From Thelocarpon superellum (Eukaryota), in assembly GCA_026025795.1 (NCBI GenBank), contig JAPEUG010000128.1, positions 1-39,502 of the forward strand: a stretch of DNA of 39,502 nt. Reading direction: 5' to 3'. The position numbers were made by a program, and so were the translations under genes. Under the pieces are notes generated by a model. The model was not told where the DNA came from. It did not search any database and saw only the letters and a program-made list of their open reading frames with translations. This document shows, in pieces, positions 22,840-34,101 of this stretch. Positions within the stretch are counted from its first letter, which is position 1, and every line of letters starts with the position of its first letter.

Positions 22840-24477
22840 GATGGACGTCGAATTGAGTGAAACGACAGGGAATAGCCTTGCTCTGCAGAAGAAAGGTTTT
22901 AGAGAGGAATGCCGCTACTTGTATCGTAGACCAGGATCAAGCCGGTGTCGACCATGTTTACATCCTCGCGTTCGTGCTCCCACAGCTGGTATCAGGCCGT
23001 CACTCATGAGGGAGGTATGGTGGAAACCACATAGCTACGCGGCAGCGCTCGTAGGAGAAGTGACGGGAAACGGTCCGGCCACAACGCGGAGAATGAGGAG
23101 AGTTCGACAACAGGAGACACATTGCCGTCCAGCGCCCAGAGCTGATTGGACGAAATGGACGGATAACTCCAACCTCAAACGCTCTGTGCATCATTCTGCT
23201 CGTGGCCGAAGGGCTAAAGTACACTCGACAATCCATATGCGTGCTCAATCGACGCAGAAAGTGACGTGATCCGGGATCGACATGGTCGGCACAAGATGAA
23301 GGGGCCGCAGGGTGCCGCGGCTAGAAGAACGTGGAGAAGGGATCAATAGATACCGAGACGGAAGGACAGCAGGTTTGCACAGGAGACGGCCCGATCACTT
23401 CGATCACAAAAAGAACTTGGCGTATTTCGTCACAGGATCTAACCACAAGCAACGCAAATGCACCAGCTTTCCATCTTCAAGGCAGAATGGACGAGATGCG
23501 GGGGGCTGATCGCGACTTTGAATTCAGATTATAGTTCCTACCGCCTCTCAACCTTTTTCAGGGAAAGAGATGGACGGCACGGGCACCTCAAGTTATGCGT
23601 GCAAATGGCTGGGGTAGCTTCTTGCAACCGGAGAAGATGAGTTGGATTGCAGAGAGGTTCCCCGAAGAGTCTTCCGTCTACCACTCCACCAATCACAAGC
23701 TGTGTCGGATATTGCAGAGACGTTCTAGATCTTCGAGAGTAGTCACTTGGCCTTTGGCGGAATCAAGGCTGTCTCACTTGCCCAGCCGCGATGGGCCAGC
23801 AAGCAAATCCTGGACGAACCGACCGCCATCTGTCACCTGACCATGGGACATTCTTAGCAACGCATCACCGAGCCGCAACGATCATATGCTTACCCGCCTA
23901 ACATACACGCCTCTATCAAAAAGAACCTCTTCATACCCAAGTCAAAATACCAGATCATTTACGACGTCGTCAAGTTCAAAGTCACGTGAGCCATATATGG
24001 AGTAATTCATGTCACGTGCTCATGTCTAGTGAGACCTGCTTGCTCGTATGCTTCACGTGCAGATAGATATGTTGCCAGGCTTGGCCGATAATTAGAGGAC
24101 TCCCTGCCGTATCTACGAGAGACCTCGGGGTTGTAGGCATATATGAGTCACATTTGCATGAAATACGAACAGTGCTGAATTTATTTATTTTCATTGCACC
24201 GAAAGGGATTTTTCTTTCCTTTTCACCTCCGGTCTTTTTTTTCTTTCTATGTTCAACCTCGACGTCGACTTCTGTTGTCGGAAGGTAAGAAAACTGGGTA
24301 GAGGCGCGACGTGTAGAGAGGGGTGCCGTGTCATGTCCCCCTCGACCGATCATGAATCGTGACCAGACGCAAACAATGGTATAAACAAGACAAGGTATTT
24401 TTGAGAAATCTCGCCCACACCGCTTGGTGACGCCAATGTACATTCAAATGCCTTTCCTGCTCCAACGAAGCGTGCCA

Positions 24478-25299
24478 CTAACACGCCGTGATCAACGCGG
24501 GTGCTCCACCGTCAGGTAGATAGTAGTTGTCGTCGAAGCAGGACGGCCGGTCGTCGACCGGGATCTCCTTCGGCTGTGATGCTCGGTCGTGGTCGTAGAA
24601 GCTCGTCGTGGCGATGCCGTTTCTCTGCTTTTCTGGTAGGAGAAAGGTAGGTTGAGGCGGTGACGGGGGCATCGAATCGTCTTCCGAGTCTTCGTCCGAG
24701 TCGTGCGAGAGTTCCGGCGGCTGTCGAGATGATGTTCGCACCAGCGCGAGCTCTGAGTAATCCTCGTCGTCTTCGTAGTCCGAGATATCTTCGTCAACGA
24801 CTTCCACGGCCTCGACGGAGACCTTGGGCACGGCCGCCTTGGACATTCGTTGCAAGGGAATGGCTGCAGCCATGAAGCTCTCTTCCTCGTCGGATTCGGA
24901 CTCGCTGTCTGAGCTATCGGACTCAGCCTCCTCCATTTGCGAGTCTTCGTCGGCTTCGACGATGGTGTCCGCCCATTGGATGTGCTTGGGGGCCTCGGAT
25001 GAGGTTTTCGCCGCACCCTTGACCGTCTGGTTGAACCATCGCTCCTGGTCCTGCTCCGCGTCGGCGAGCTCGACCATCAGCGAATCCAAAAGATTGGCGT
25101 GGCCGACCAGGAGGCGGAGGTTGTGATCCGGCTGCGCAGCCTCGCTCGAGAGCTTGGCGCGAGCTTGATGTGCGAGGTAGTAGGTTTGCGTGACGCTCAT
25201 CTTCTGGCGCTTCTGGGGCGACGCGGGGCTGAAGTGGGAGAAATATTTGGGTTGGGTGCTTGGTGCCTGAACGGCCGGATGAGGACGGCCGAAGGACAT
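24478..25299 (-). CDS. ECM13-like conserved fungal protein with acidic low-complexity C-terminal half, 273 aa
   Basis: Single-exon ORF with the motif TYYLAHQARAKLSSEAAQPDHNLRLLVGHANLLDSL that I recognise from the ECM13 family; D/E/S-rich tail. Confidence 0.85.
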   Translation of the reverse strand: MSFGRPHPAVQAPSTQPKYFSHFSPASPQKRQKMSVTQTYYLAHQARAKLSSEAAQPDHNLRLLVGHANLLDSLMVELADAEQDQERWFNQTVKGAAKTSSEAPKHIQWADTIVEADEDSQMEEAESDSSDSESESDEEESFMAAAIPLQRMSKAAVPKVSVEAVEVVDEDISDYEDDEDYSELALVRTSSRQPPELSHDSDEDSEDDSMPPSPPQPTFLLPEKQRNGIATTSFYDHDRASQPKEIPVDDRPSCFDDNYYLPDGGAPALITAC

Positions 25300-25330
25300 T
25301 TTATATGCGTGGTGTTGGATTGCTTTCTGC

Positions 25331-25407
25331 CTGGTGAGTCACGTAGTCAGTTTCTGTGTAGAAGCTATGGATAAGAAGCCGCCTAAGCGAGGCTCATGCC
25401 GGCGTAC
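25331..25407 (-). other. 5'-UTR intron of the ECM13-like gene
   Basis: CAG|GTACGC donor at 25407, CTGAC branch at 25350-25346, CAG acceptor at 25331, 31 nt before the ATG. The upstream in-frame sequence reaches a stop without an ATG. Confidence 0.65.
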
Positions 25408-28172
25408 CTGAGGGCGACGAGGCGGAGGCGGGCGTTAGCGAGGTGGTCGCCTTGTTGGCGAGGCTCTTGTACGACGATGCTGGGCGCGTTCTGAAGTGAG
25501 GTAGATGCTGTGAGGCTGCGCTTGATGGTCGGTCGGTATCGTGTTGGAGGCTGTTGGATTAGGGCCAGAATTCACGGGGATGATGTCCGTCTTTATCTGA
25601 TGCCTTCCGGCCGACAGGTTCGTCAGCATCCGGAATGCCATGACCATCAAACGCGGACGTAGCAGTGCTACCGCCGGATGATTTGTGATTAGCGCGGATC
25701 CTCGGAGTAGACGACGCTCTCTAATCCGAGAAGTCCGCCGCGACCAGCAGGACAGCAGGGCCGTCGGGCTGGCCATGCGCCGTGTCCGCCGCGTTGCTCG
25801 CCCACACCGGATCCGGGCAAGAATCGCTTGACCCGAACCAATGAGCGGGCCGCGTCCGGATAACGTCATGCCCGTCTGCCCGTGGATGACTAGCACGTCT
25901 CACACTCGTCCGCTCGCTTACGAGGGCGATTCGCCAGCCCACGCCCAGCGAGCATGTCGGCCGTAACGGAGCGAGGTATCGTCCGTGAGTCGTCCGTCAG
26001 AGCCTTGCAGTAAAATCTGCTTTACTAATGCTTGCAATTCCTTCCCCACAGAGTTTACGCCCTTCGCCCTGTTGCATCCCGCCATGACTCGACGGTACCC
26101 TAGCTGTCTGCCTCAGTCACCAGTGGTCACCAAGAATCGTGCTCTCGCAGGAATTGGCCCCGCCGATGCCGGAACCCGACGGGCCGTTGCGTCGAGATTC
26201 TTTCCAACCCCCGTGACTTGTGCATTGCGTGTGGACTTAGGACGGAGCTTCGGTCGAACACTTGGGCCGGGTATGATCAAGGCTGTGTGCTCAGGCTCCG
26301 GGCTCCGCGTCGCCCTCCACCGCTCGTGACCAAGCCCCATTGCACGCGACGACGCAAGATGGCGTTGACGTTGGCGTCTACGCAGCTTGTGCCACGCACA
26401 CTTGACACCTGACGGACTGCCAGGGAGTGCTCAGGTAAAGCGATGACTCGTTTTCCGCCGAATGATTCTGCACTACCAGTCTTTCACCTGTTGATCCCTT
26501 TAGGCAATCTTGTCCTGGGATGTGAATGAAACGCCCTTCAGGCTTATTGCATTGATCAGCCGCGACGGCACAGTCTGACCAGGTCCGTGTTCTCGTCTGA
26601 CCATCCGAGTTTCCATCGGATGATGGCGCTCGCGCTGCAGCAGCGGCAGCTCTAGCAGCTGTGAGTCCTCGTCGCAGGAATGACTGGTCCGAGGGGATCG
26701 CAATTACATCCGGCATCCCCTAGCCGAGAGGACCCTGTACGGACTCGGTCCCGAGTAATCACCGAAGGCTGCAACCCTGTGCCGAGCGCCTGGGCAGCGA
26801 GTACTCGTCCTGGTGAGGGTACGGATAGTACCTTGCGAAAGGAAGCTGAGCACTAATAATTTACCCGTACTTGTACTCCGTACGGCCGACACGACCGGCT
26901 TAGCTCCGGGCTTTGCTTTCCTCCGCGACCGCGAACGCGCGACCACGCAACCGCGTTCGGGGTTTGGCTGGCTGACCTATGACTCCTCGCTACCAGGAGC
27001 CATCCTTGCGTCGGATGAATGCAATCTCTAGGGCCAACTCCCCCACGTATCTTTCTATCGCATCGTCGTCGGAGTTGGGGTTCCCGTCGGGTCCGATGCC
27101 GTTGCCTTTGAATCCGCAAACGGGCTCCAGTTCCTTTCACTCACAAATCTTGTTGCCTGAATCGCTTGGCGTCTCGCGATTTGCTTGCGATTGCAGTGTC
27201 GGCATCGGAGGCCTCCTTCGTGGTACGAGGATGCATTCTATTGACGAATCAATTGTCGAGGCGCTGCATCGGAAAGCCCAAGGCAGCACTGCCGAAGTCG
27301 TACGTACGCGCGGTACATAACAACCATATGCACGTCAGGAGAATTTTCGCTCAGCCCTGTGGTGCGATGTACCGACACGCCAAGTGGCGGTGGAGTGCGT
27401 ACGAAGATGACGCAGACTGCTGCAGTGGGGGATTCGGCACTCGAAGCCACGAGGCCATGCGCGCCCGGGCGCGTCTGGGTGCATCTGCACGGTTGAACGT
27501 GGAGTACGCCTAGCTGCGGTATGGTATTGCGGCGAACCGACGAAGAGTTGGCTGATTAATTGGTCAATGGCTCTCGCCAACGCGCTCTCACGCCGACGTC
27601 ATCTCATTGGATGGGGCTCTGGAGTACTTGTCCGGTCAGCACCCCGGCTCCACCTATGGCAAGGTACGAGTACTGGGTGCACGCTTCTCGCAGCAGCACC
27701 ACCCTTTATTAATCAACATCGCAAGCAAGATCAATCTTGAAATCGCTCGGATTTCAACCTTTTCGCTATCTATTTCCAGACCGTTACTTACCACTCTCGA
27801 AGCGCACGTAGAAGGCATGAGCATGGCCACGCAACCTCAAGCTTAGTTCTGGCATCGTGTTATGCCTGATGCAATGGCATGTGATTCAGCCCTGACTTCC
27901 ACGAAGCACGAATCATGAACGAAATAGGCTTACGAGGAAGAAGCGGGCCAGATCAGGTAGTCAAGTCTATGCCAGACTCGAATCCTTCAGTCAACGAAAT
28001 CCTTTGCTGCTTCCTCTTCTTCGCCTCACACTCCTTCTTCTCCTTCCTCTGCGCCTTTTCATCTTTGCTCCTAACGTCGCTGCCCTTTCTCCCGGCTTTC
28101 TTTATTTCTCCATCTATCATAGCGTCGTAGATCTCAACTTCATCCACTTGACTCCATCGAATCGCATCAGCC

Positions 28173-28781
28173 ATGCCTCGCCATCCACGACACTCCACCG
28201 CTCGAGGACTCTTCACCTCTCTAACGTTGCCTTCTCTGCTCCTCCTGCTGGGCCAGAGCGTCGACGTGCACGGACAGCTGAGCAACAGCAGTCAACTGAG
28301 CCTGGCGGCGCAAGATGCCGGAACCCACTTGGAGACAGCGCTCAGCACTCCAACGGCAAACTGCACGTTCGCTCCGGCGGACGACGGATCATTGGACAAC
28401 ATCTACACGATCACGACGCACGACTGGAACAGCACGGCGCTACTCTTCACCTTCTACAGCGCGCTCCCCAATACCTGTCCCGGGTGGGGCGGCTTACACC
28501 TCCTGCACACACCAACCCAGGCTGACCCAGACGGCGTCATCACGCTCCGCGTGCCCAATATTTGGCCAGATCTCATCAATTCCTCCTGCGTCGATCGTAC
28601 ATTGGCGCTCGCGAAGCCCGATCCGTCCGCGACAATCACAAACTGCACGCAGGCTGTTCCTCCTCCTCAAGGCGGCGCGGTCAGTCGGCCTGCGAACCAG
28701 AGCCTACCTGCGAACGGAGGTCGGAACGCAAGTGGCAGCGCGGGTGGGGGAAGCGGCGATAGCGACGTGCAGTCCTTTTGA
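28173..28781 (+). CDS. Small secreted orphan protein, 202 aa, 4 Cys, many N-glycosylation sequons
   Basis: Intronless ORF after a pyrimidine-rich leader. Hydrophobic LFTSLTLPSLLLLLG with VHG-Q cleavage-like site; sequons NSS, NCT, NST, NSS, NCT, NQS, NAS. Confidence 0.7.
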   Translation: MPRHPRHSTARGLFTSLTLPSLLLLLGQSVDVHGQLSNSSQLSLAAQDAGTHLETALSTPTANCTFAPADDGSLDNIYTITTHDWNSTALLFTFYSALPNTCPGWGGLHLLHTPTQADPDGVITLRVPNIWPDLINSSCVDRTLALAKPDPSATITNCTQAVPPPQGGAVSRPANQSLPANGGRNASGSAGGGSGDSDVQSF

Positions 28782-29112
28782 CTCTGATTCTGACGCGCTC
28801 GCAAAATATAGAATGTGGAGCGCTTTGGTCGGCCATCTGTCTTACATTATGCATGTTGGTATGGAGCGCAATAGAGTGCTATGTGGGAGTACCATTGATA
28901 GATGACTACACGGAGATCAATACTTGACACGGACATGCAGCTCGCCATGCTTCTGAATATTCCACCCTGCCCACACAGCCCTAGCTTAGCCCAGCGAGAT
29001 GCAGACAATGTAAGCTTGTCGCACGAACGGCACATCAGTCCAAGCCATCCCAGCCAGCCCAGCGCAGCCGGGTACATCGGAGATACGACGGTCGTGCCGA
29101 GGGGAGGTCTAG

Positions 29113-30738
29113 CTACAACCGCTTGTCGCCCAACTCGACATCGTCACGATCATCGTCCAAGTCGGCGTACTGGTGGCCTGCAAGTTTGCGGCCGACGAAG
29201 ATGCCGAAGATGGTCAGGCCTGAGGCGACCAGGAACCAGCCCTCGAACCAGCGATCGACAAAGACAGAGTCGAGGGGCGCGCCGAGCGCGTCCGAGATGA
29301 CGGTGCTGACTTCGGGCGGCAGGTTGCTGCGGAGCAGCAGCGCCGACGAGATGACGTACGTCGCGCTGATCTGGCTCACGACGAGCGCGAGGTTGGCCTG
29401 CGTATGCTGGAGGAGGGCGGGCGTGAAGCGCGAGAGCAGCACGAAGGTCTGCATCACGCTGCTGAAGGACGCGAGCAAGATCACGCCGGAGAGGAAGAAG
29501 GAGATCTGGCGCGACCATGCCAGTCGGTCGAGACTCGGGTCCCAGTGCTTGGCGATGACGGCGAGGAAATTATTGATCGGGTCCGTCCCGGAGAAGGTCA
29601 CGTCCGGGTGCCACCATCGTCGGAGAGAGGCCGTCAGGGTGGCGAGGATGCGGTACAGGCAGTAGATGGAGAAGAGGTATGACGCGAGCAAGAGCACGCG
29701 CCCAACCGACGTCGATGCGCGCTGCTGCGTGCGTCGTCGTTCTTGGAGCAGCGAGAGCGAGGTCGACAGCGATTGATGCATCGTCTGCAGCCCCGAGATC
29801 TCGAGCTCGAGCGACGTCCGCTCTTGCACGTCCGCGTTGCCGCGGATCGACCCCATGAACTTCGACATGAAGCCCTCGGCGGGCGCGTCGGACATCTTGC
29901 GCGACAGGGCGCGAAGGCGGCTCTGCTTTGCCTCCAGCATCTCCCCCGTCGCGTCCATCCCGGCTTGCTTCCGCTCAATGTCGGCCGCTGCGACGGGCCG
30001 GACCTTGGCGCCAAAGGTCTGCCAGGGTGCGCTGACCGACGCGAAGCCGGACAAGAGCGCCATCAAGCAGATGCCGATGATGCCGATGCGTTCGAGGCAG
30101 GCCTCGCGGAGGCTGGCGCGCGCCTCGGATCCCCACGCGTGCACATGGCTGCTCGGGAGACCATGCCCCACGAACCAGAAACCCGCGATCCACATCCCGA
30201 AGCCCACCAGTTGTAGCGTCCATGCCAGGCGGGATGGTCTCGCACCCTCGCGTGAGAAGCGCCATCCGGCCGACGAGATGATCGACCGTAGCTCGACCAG
30301 GGGGATGACGACGATGAGCAGGACGAGCAGCGTCGACAGCGTGACCTGGAGCGACCACGACCGGGCCACCGGATTCAGGCTGTTGGAGATTTCGCACAGA
30401 ATCAGCTCCGCGAGCACCGCCGCCAGGGCGACGGTCATCGAGAAGGCGACGGCCGCAACGTTGGTGCCGCGGGAGAAGGCTGTGGCCTTGGGCCGGGCGG
30501 GCGACCAGCGCGCCGCCGGCAGGGTGGAGGTGGGCGGCCCATGGCGGCTGGGGTCGGACGGGGGCTGTCCCGAGAGCCGAGGGAAGAGCTTCTGATGCAC
30601 GACGACGGCGACGATGAAGAACGTCAGGGCGAAGGGGAGCGAGGAGACGAGGACGGGAATCACCGCGGGCAGGTGGAATGGCGACCCGAGGGAGGGCAGT
30701 GTGCATCCATCCTGGCAATCCTCGGGAGTAGGCAACAT
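29113..30738 (-). CDS. GPR89/GPHR (Golgi pH regulator, ABA-GPCR-like) membrane protein, 541 aa
   Basis: Intronless multi-pass membrane ORF. Motifs LAELILCEI, ERIGIIGICLMALLSGFASVSAP, YCLYRI, TDPI, SQISATYVISSALLLRSNLP, FVDRWFEGWFL. Confidence 0.92.
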   Translation of the reverse strand: MLPTPEDCQDGCTLPSLGSPFHLPAVIPVLVSSLPFALTFFIVAVVVHQKLFPRLSGQPPSDPSRHGPPTSTLPAARWSPARPKATAFSRGTNVAAVAFSMTVALAAVLAELILCEISNSLNPVARSWSLQVTLSTLLVLLIVVIPLVELRSIISSAGWRFSREGARPSRLAWTLQLVGFGMWIAGFWFVGHGLPSSHVHAWGSEARASLREACLERIGIIGICLMALLSGFASVSAPWQTFGAKVRPVAAADIERKQAGMDATGEMLEAKQSRLRALSRKMSDAPAEGFMSKFMGSIRGNADVQERTSLELEISGLQTMHQSLSTSLSLLQERRRTQQRASTSVGRVLLLASYLFSIYCLYRILATLTASLRRWWHPDVTFSGTDPINNFLAVIAKHWDPSLDRLAWSRQISFFLSGVILLASFSSVMQTFVLLSRFTPALLQHTQANLALVVSQISATYVISSALLLRSNLPPEVSTVISDALGAPLDSVFVDRWFEGWFLVASGLTIFGIFVGRKLAGHQYADLDDDRDDVELGDKRL

Positions 30739-31178
30739 GAGGTGTGCGTCCAGAGGTCAGGCCAGGCAGACCACGGCTGGGGGCGAGCCTGACCGGACGA
30801 GCATGCGCGTTGAAGAGACAGCGACGGCCGAGAGAGGGGGGATGTTTGGGACAGATTCGACGAATTCGCCAACCCTTCGACGTCACTGGACGGGCGTGGG
30901 CGTTGCAGCCAATAGAATGGCGGCATTCTTAAGGGGAGGATGGTTGGCGTGTGGTAGCCGTGGGCGTCGTCGCTACCGAGCAACAGGCACCGGCGCCGCG
31001 TCGGACCCGGACCACGAGCGGGACCACGAGTGGACACCTTTCACGCATTTCGCCTGCGGACTGATCCTCAATGGACTCGTCGAATCTACCCAGATAGACT
31101 GATCTTGAGGGAGAGACAGCCTCTGTTCGTTCAGCTTGCTAGCTCATCGACGCTATTGTCGTCTACTCGCACTCATGA

Positions 31179-31188
31179 TCATCCATTG

Positions 31189-31224
<36 letters not shown>

Positions 31225-33039
31225 CCCGTCCCCGGTCCCCTTCCCGCCGCCGTTTCGCCCTCTGCGTCTGACCCTGTCTCGCCCTCCGCGTGGTCTCCCT
31301 GGGTCGAAGATTCGTCGTGGGACCGGAGCATGGCACCGGGGATCGCCTCGAACTTGGACTCGCCCTCGTTCTCCTCGTCCGAGTAGTCGGTGTCGCTGCC
31401 GGGAGGGCTGTCCAGGTTGCTGAGCGCGGGACTCTTGTTGGCGAGACTGGGGCTTCGGGGATCGGCCAGGAGGACGTCCTCGGTGGGTGAGGGGCTCTCG
31501 ACCGAGGCCGCATCGCTCTTGGCGGATGAGACTTGGCGGAGGATGGGAAGATCGGCGGCGGTCCCGGTGCGGCCTGGCATGCCGGCTCCCATGCGGACGG
31601 CGGCCACCACGGCTTCAGCCTCGGTGTCGGACGCGGCTGGCCCTTCATCCGTCAGGCCCTCGGGGAGGCTCCGGTCCAGGGCGTGCGCCTTGACGCCGCT
31701 CTTCTCGAGCATGTTCATGTAGTCCCGGCGGTTCGGATCGGCCATGCGCTTCTTCTTCTTCTTCTCGCGCTTGTACGTCGGCCGCACCACGATGACGGGC
31801 ACGGGCGAGTGCTGCAGGCAGTACTTGGACACCGAGCCCGGGAGCAAGCCCTGGAGCCCGCCCAGACTGCGGCCACGCGTGCCAACGATGAGGATGGCGG
31901 GCTCGTAGATCTGGATCTACTCCTCGCGTCCCGGTCAGCATCAGCAATGCGGGGCACACGTGCGGGGTCGAGGCAGACGGACCATGCGCTGGATCGTGTC
32001 ATGCACCTTCCCCACTGCGAACTCCAGGACCAAGCTGATGGCCTTCTCCTCACTGTTGCTGTTCTTCTCGATGATCTGATCCAGCAGATTCTTGGCCTCG
32101 GTGCGGTACCGGCCCTCCTCGACGCTGGCATCGCTGTTGATCTTGGAGTCCTTGTCCACCACGCGGAGGCACACGATCTCGTCGCCGTCATCCACCAGCT
32201 CGTCGATCAGCCACTCCAGGGCAAACTCCGAGTAGTCGTTCTGATCCGTGCCGCAGAGGAAGGTGCGGGAGCGGCGGGTGTACTGGTAGTCCTTGTGTTT
32301 GGAGTTGAGCGTGAGGGAGAAGTCACTGGCATCTTTATTGTCAAACGTATCAAAGGATACCCGATTCTGAAAGGCTCTGCAAGGGCCGGCACACCCGCAC
32401 ATCAGCGACCGTTGCGATCCACGAGCATGAGACCCCACCATGGGTCCATGGGCAAGGTCCATGGGCCAGGGGGGGTGGAAGATGGGCAGAGGACAGCTGC
32501 GTTCAGCGTTGACCCGATGCGGCATGGCGTTGCGGCGGGCAGGCCGACTCGGCTTGCTCTAAGCGAGTCAAGCGACCGACCCAGCGAGCGGAGAGACGTG
32601 GGGGATCGCCCAATGACCACACGCGAGGCTTGCAGCACTGAGGTCCGACGTGGGTGCGAGAAGGGGAAGAGGGAAGGAGAGAACGGGACTCGCCGCCGAC
32701 CATTACCAACGATGGCGCACACAGCCCTTCCACGAGGGCGGAGGACAGGACTTACGCGGGCGGAGGAGGGGACGACATGCGTCGCCGTGAAGACGGTCGC
32801 GCCGTCTTCCGGTCGCCAATGAGACCCGCGTCGGAGCGGTGGGTGGAGAATTGGATGGACGGCCGTCGCTCAGCCTCGGCATCGACGACGCTGATGGTCA
32901 GTCGTGATGGGATCGCCGCTGGGGGTTGCGGCGAGGCGATGGAGCCGGCTCGCGCACGCGATCCAGCAACGGATGGGCCCGGAGCCGCGGCTGGGTAGCT
33001 GGCCGCAGGGCTGCCCGTTGGCGGCGGCGAGGACGCCAT
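31179..33039 (-). CDS. Universal stress protein (Usp) domain protein, 471 aa
   Basis: Exons 33039-32756, 32376-31983, 31916-31179 (1416 nt). Motifs SRTFLCGTDQNDYSEFALEWLIDELVDDGDEIVCLRVV and LIVGTRGRSLGGLQGLLPGSVSKYCLQHSPVPVIVVRP. Confidence 0.93.
31189..31224. repeat. (GCCGTT)6 microsatellite encoding the Thr-Ala run at the Usp C-terminus
   Basis: Six perfect hexamers just before the stop at 31181-31179. Confidence 0.9.
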
Positions 33040-34101
33040 TGGGCTCTGGGGCTGGCGTGGGAGCGTGGGAAGTCTGATAAGAGGAAGGGCTGGGCGGGCG
33101 CGCCGATGTGCGCCGACGGGGCGTGGGGAGAGGGAGGGGTGTCAACGCGAAAAGGTCCGTGTCCGGCTCGCACGCTGCCTGTGAGTCTAGACTGCTGCCA
33201 CCCAGACCGCCGTAAGACGGACCGACGTTGCAGTATCGTGGCGGGCCGCGACGATCGTGGCCGAGGCGTTCTGGTGCCGGTGACGGTGCCGGTGCAAGTA
33301 CTGGTGCTGTCGCTGGTGCTGGTGCTGGCGATCGTGGCAAGGTGGAGCAGCAAGATCCGCTCCCACACTTGTCATTGCACGCACGATGCTGCCGGTGGGG
33401 CCGTGACGAGCGTGCGAGGGATCAGAACGCGCCCGGCAGTCCGTTGATCGGTCATGGTCACCAGTGATGAGGAGCACTTGGGTGGTGAGGAGTTCAGATT
33501 GGAACGATGGCTTTGTCAAAGGGCCAATGTAGTCGTGGTGGAGACCGCTCACTAACGGGTAGTGAAGGCTTGGCTTTTGGCATTGGCGGTGTTGGCCTGA
33601 ACGTACGGTCGTGCGCGGCACAGAGGCGATAATTCCTTAGGCACAGGCAGGTTGGTGACGTCTCTGAGCAACCGGTCGTTAACTAAAGCTCGTTAAGTAG
33701 AGAGGGCGCACACGAGCCTGGTGCATAGGATGGATGCCTGCCGCTTCGGCTGTAGCCCACGCGACCTCCTAGAGTTACCAGCACTACCATGTCCGGGTAG
33801 GCGTCTGCCTACCTGGAGAGTGGGGGTTGTTTCACCAGATGCAGCCGCGACGTCAGAGAGTGTGTCTGAGTATGATTGAAGGCGCTCGACGTCGTCTATC
33901 CTTGCATGGGTACTAGCAGCCGCGATAGTATGATAGTCGTGCCACAGTGGTGTTGCTGCTGCTGCTAGACATAGTACGAAGTACTTCGTATTACTCCGAC
34001 GACACTGAAGCTGCAACTACGGGGAGCAGCTTCATGGTCTAGCACCCGTCTTGATGTACTCCCGTGCACATATGCAAACGCTAGATGACGCGAGAATCAG
34101 T

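Noticed and set aside
27953..28174. Minus-strand Lys/Glu-rich ORF (MADAIRWSQ...) whose ATG overlaps the ATG of the 28173 gene
   Set aside because: Its composition is explained as the reverse complement of the CT-rich leader of the + strand gene
29060..29115. GPR89 stop context TAG-CTA as a possible readthrough signal
   Set aside because: The efficient motif is TGA-CTA, and the extension does not end in a targeting signal
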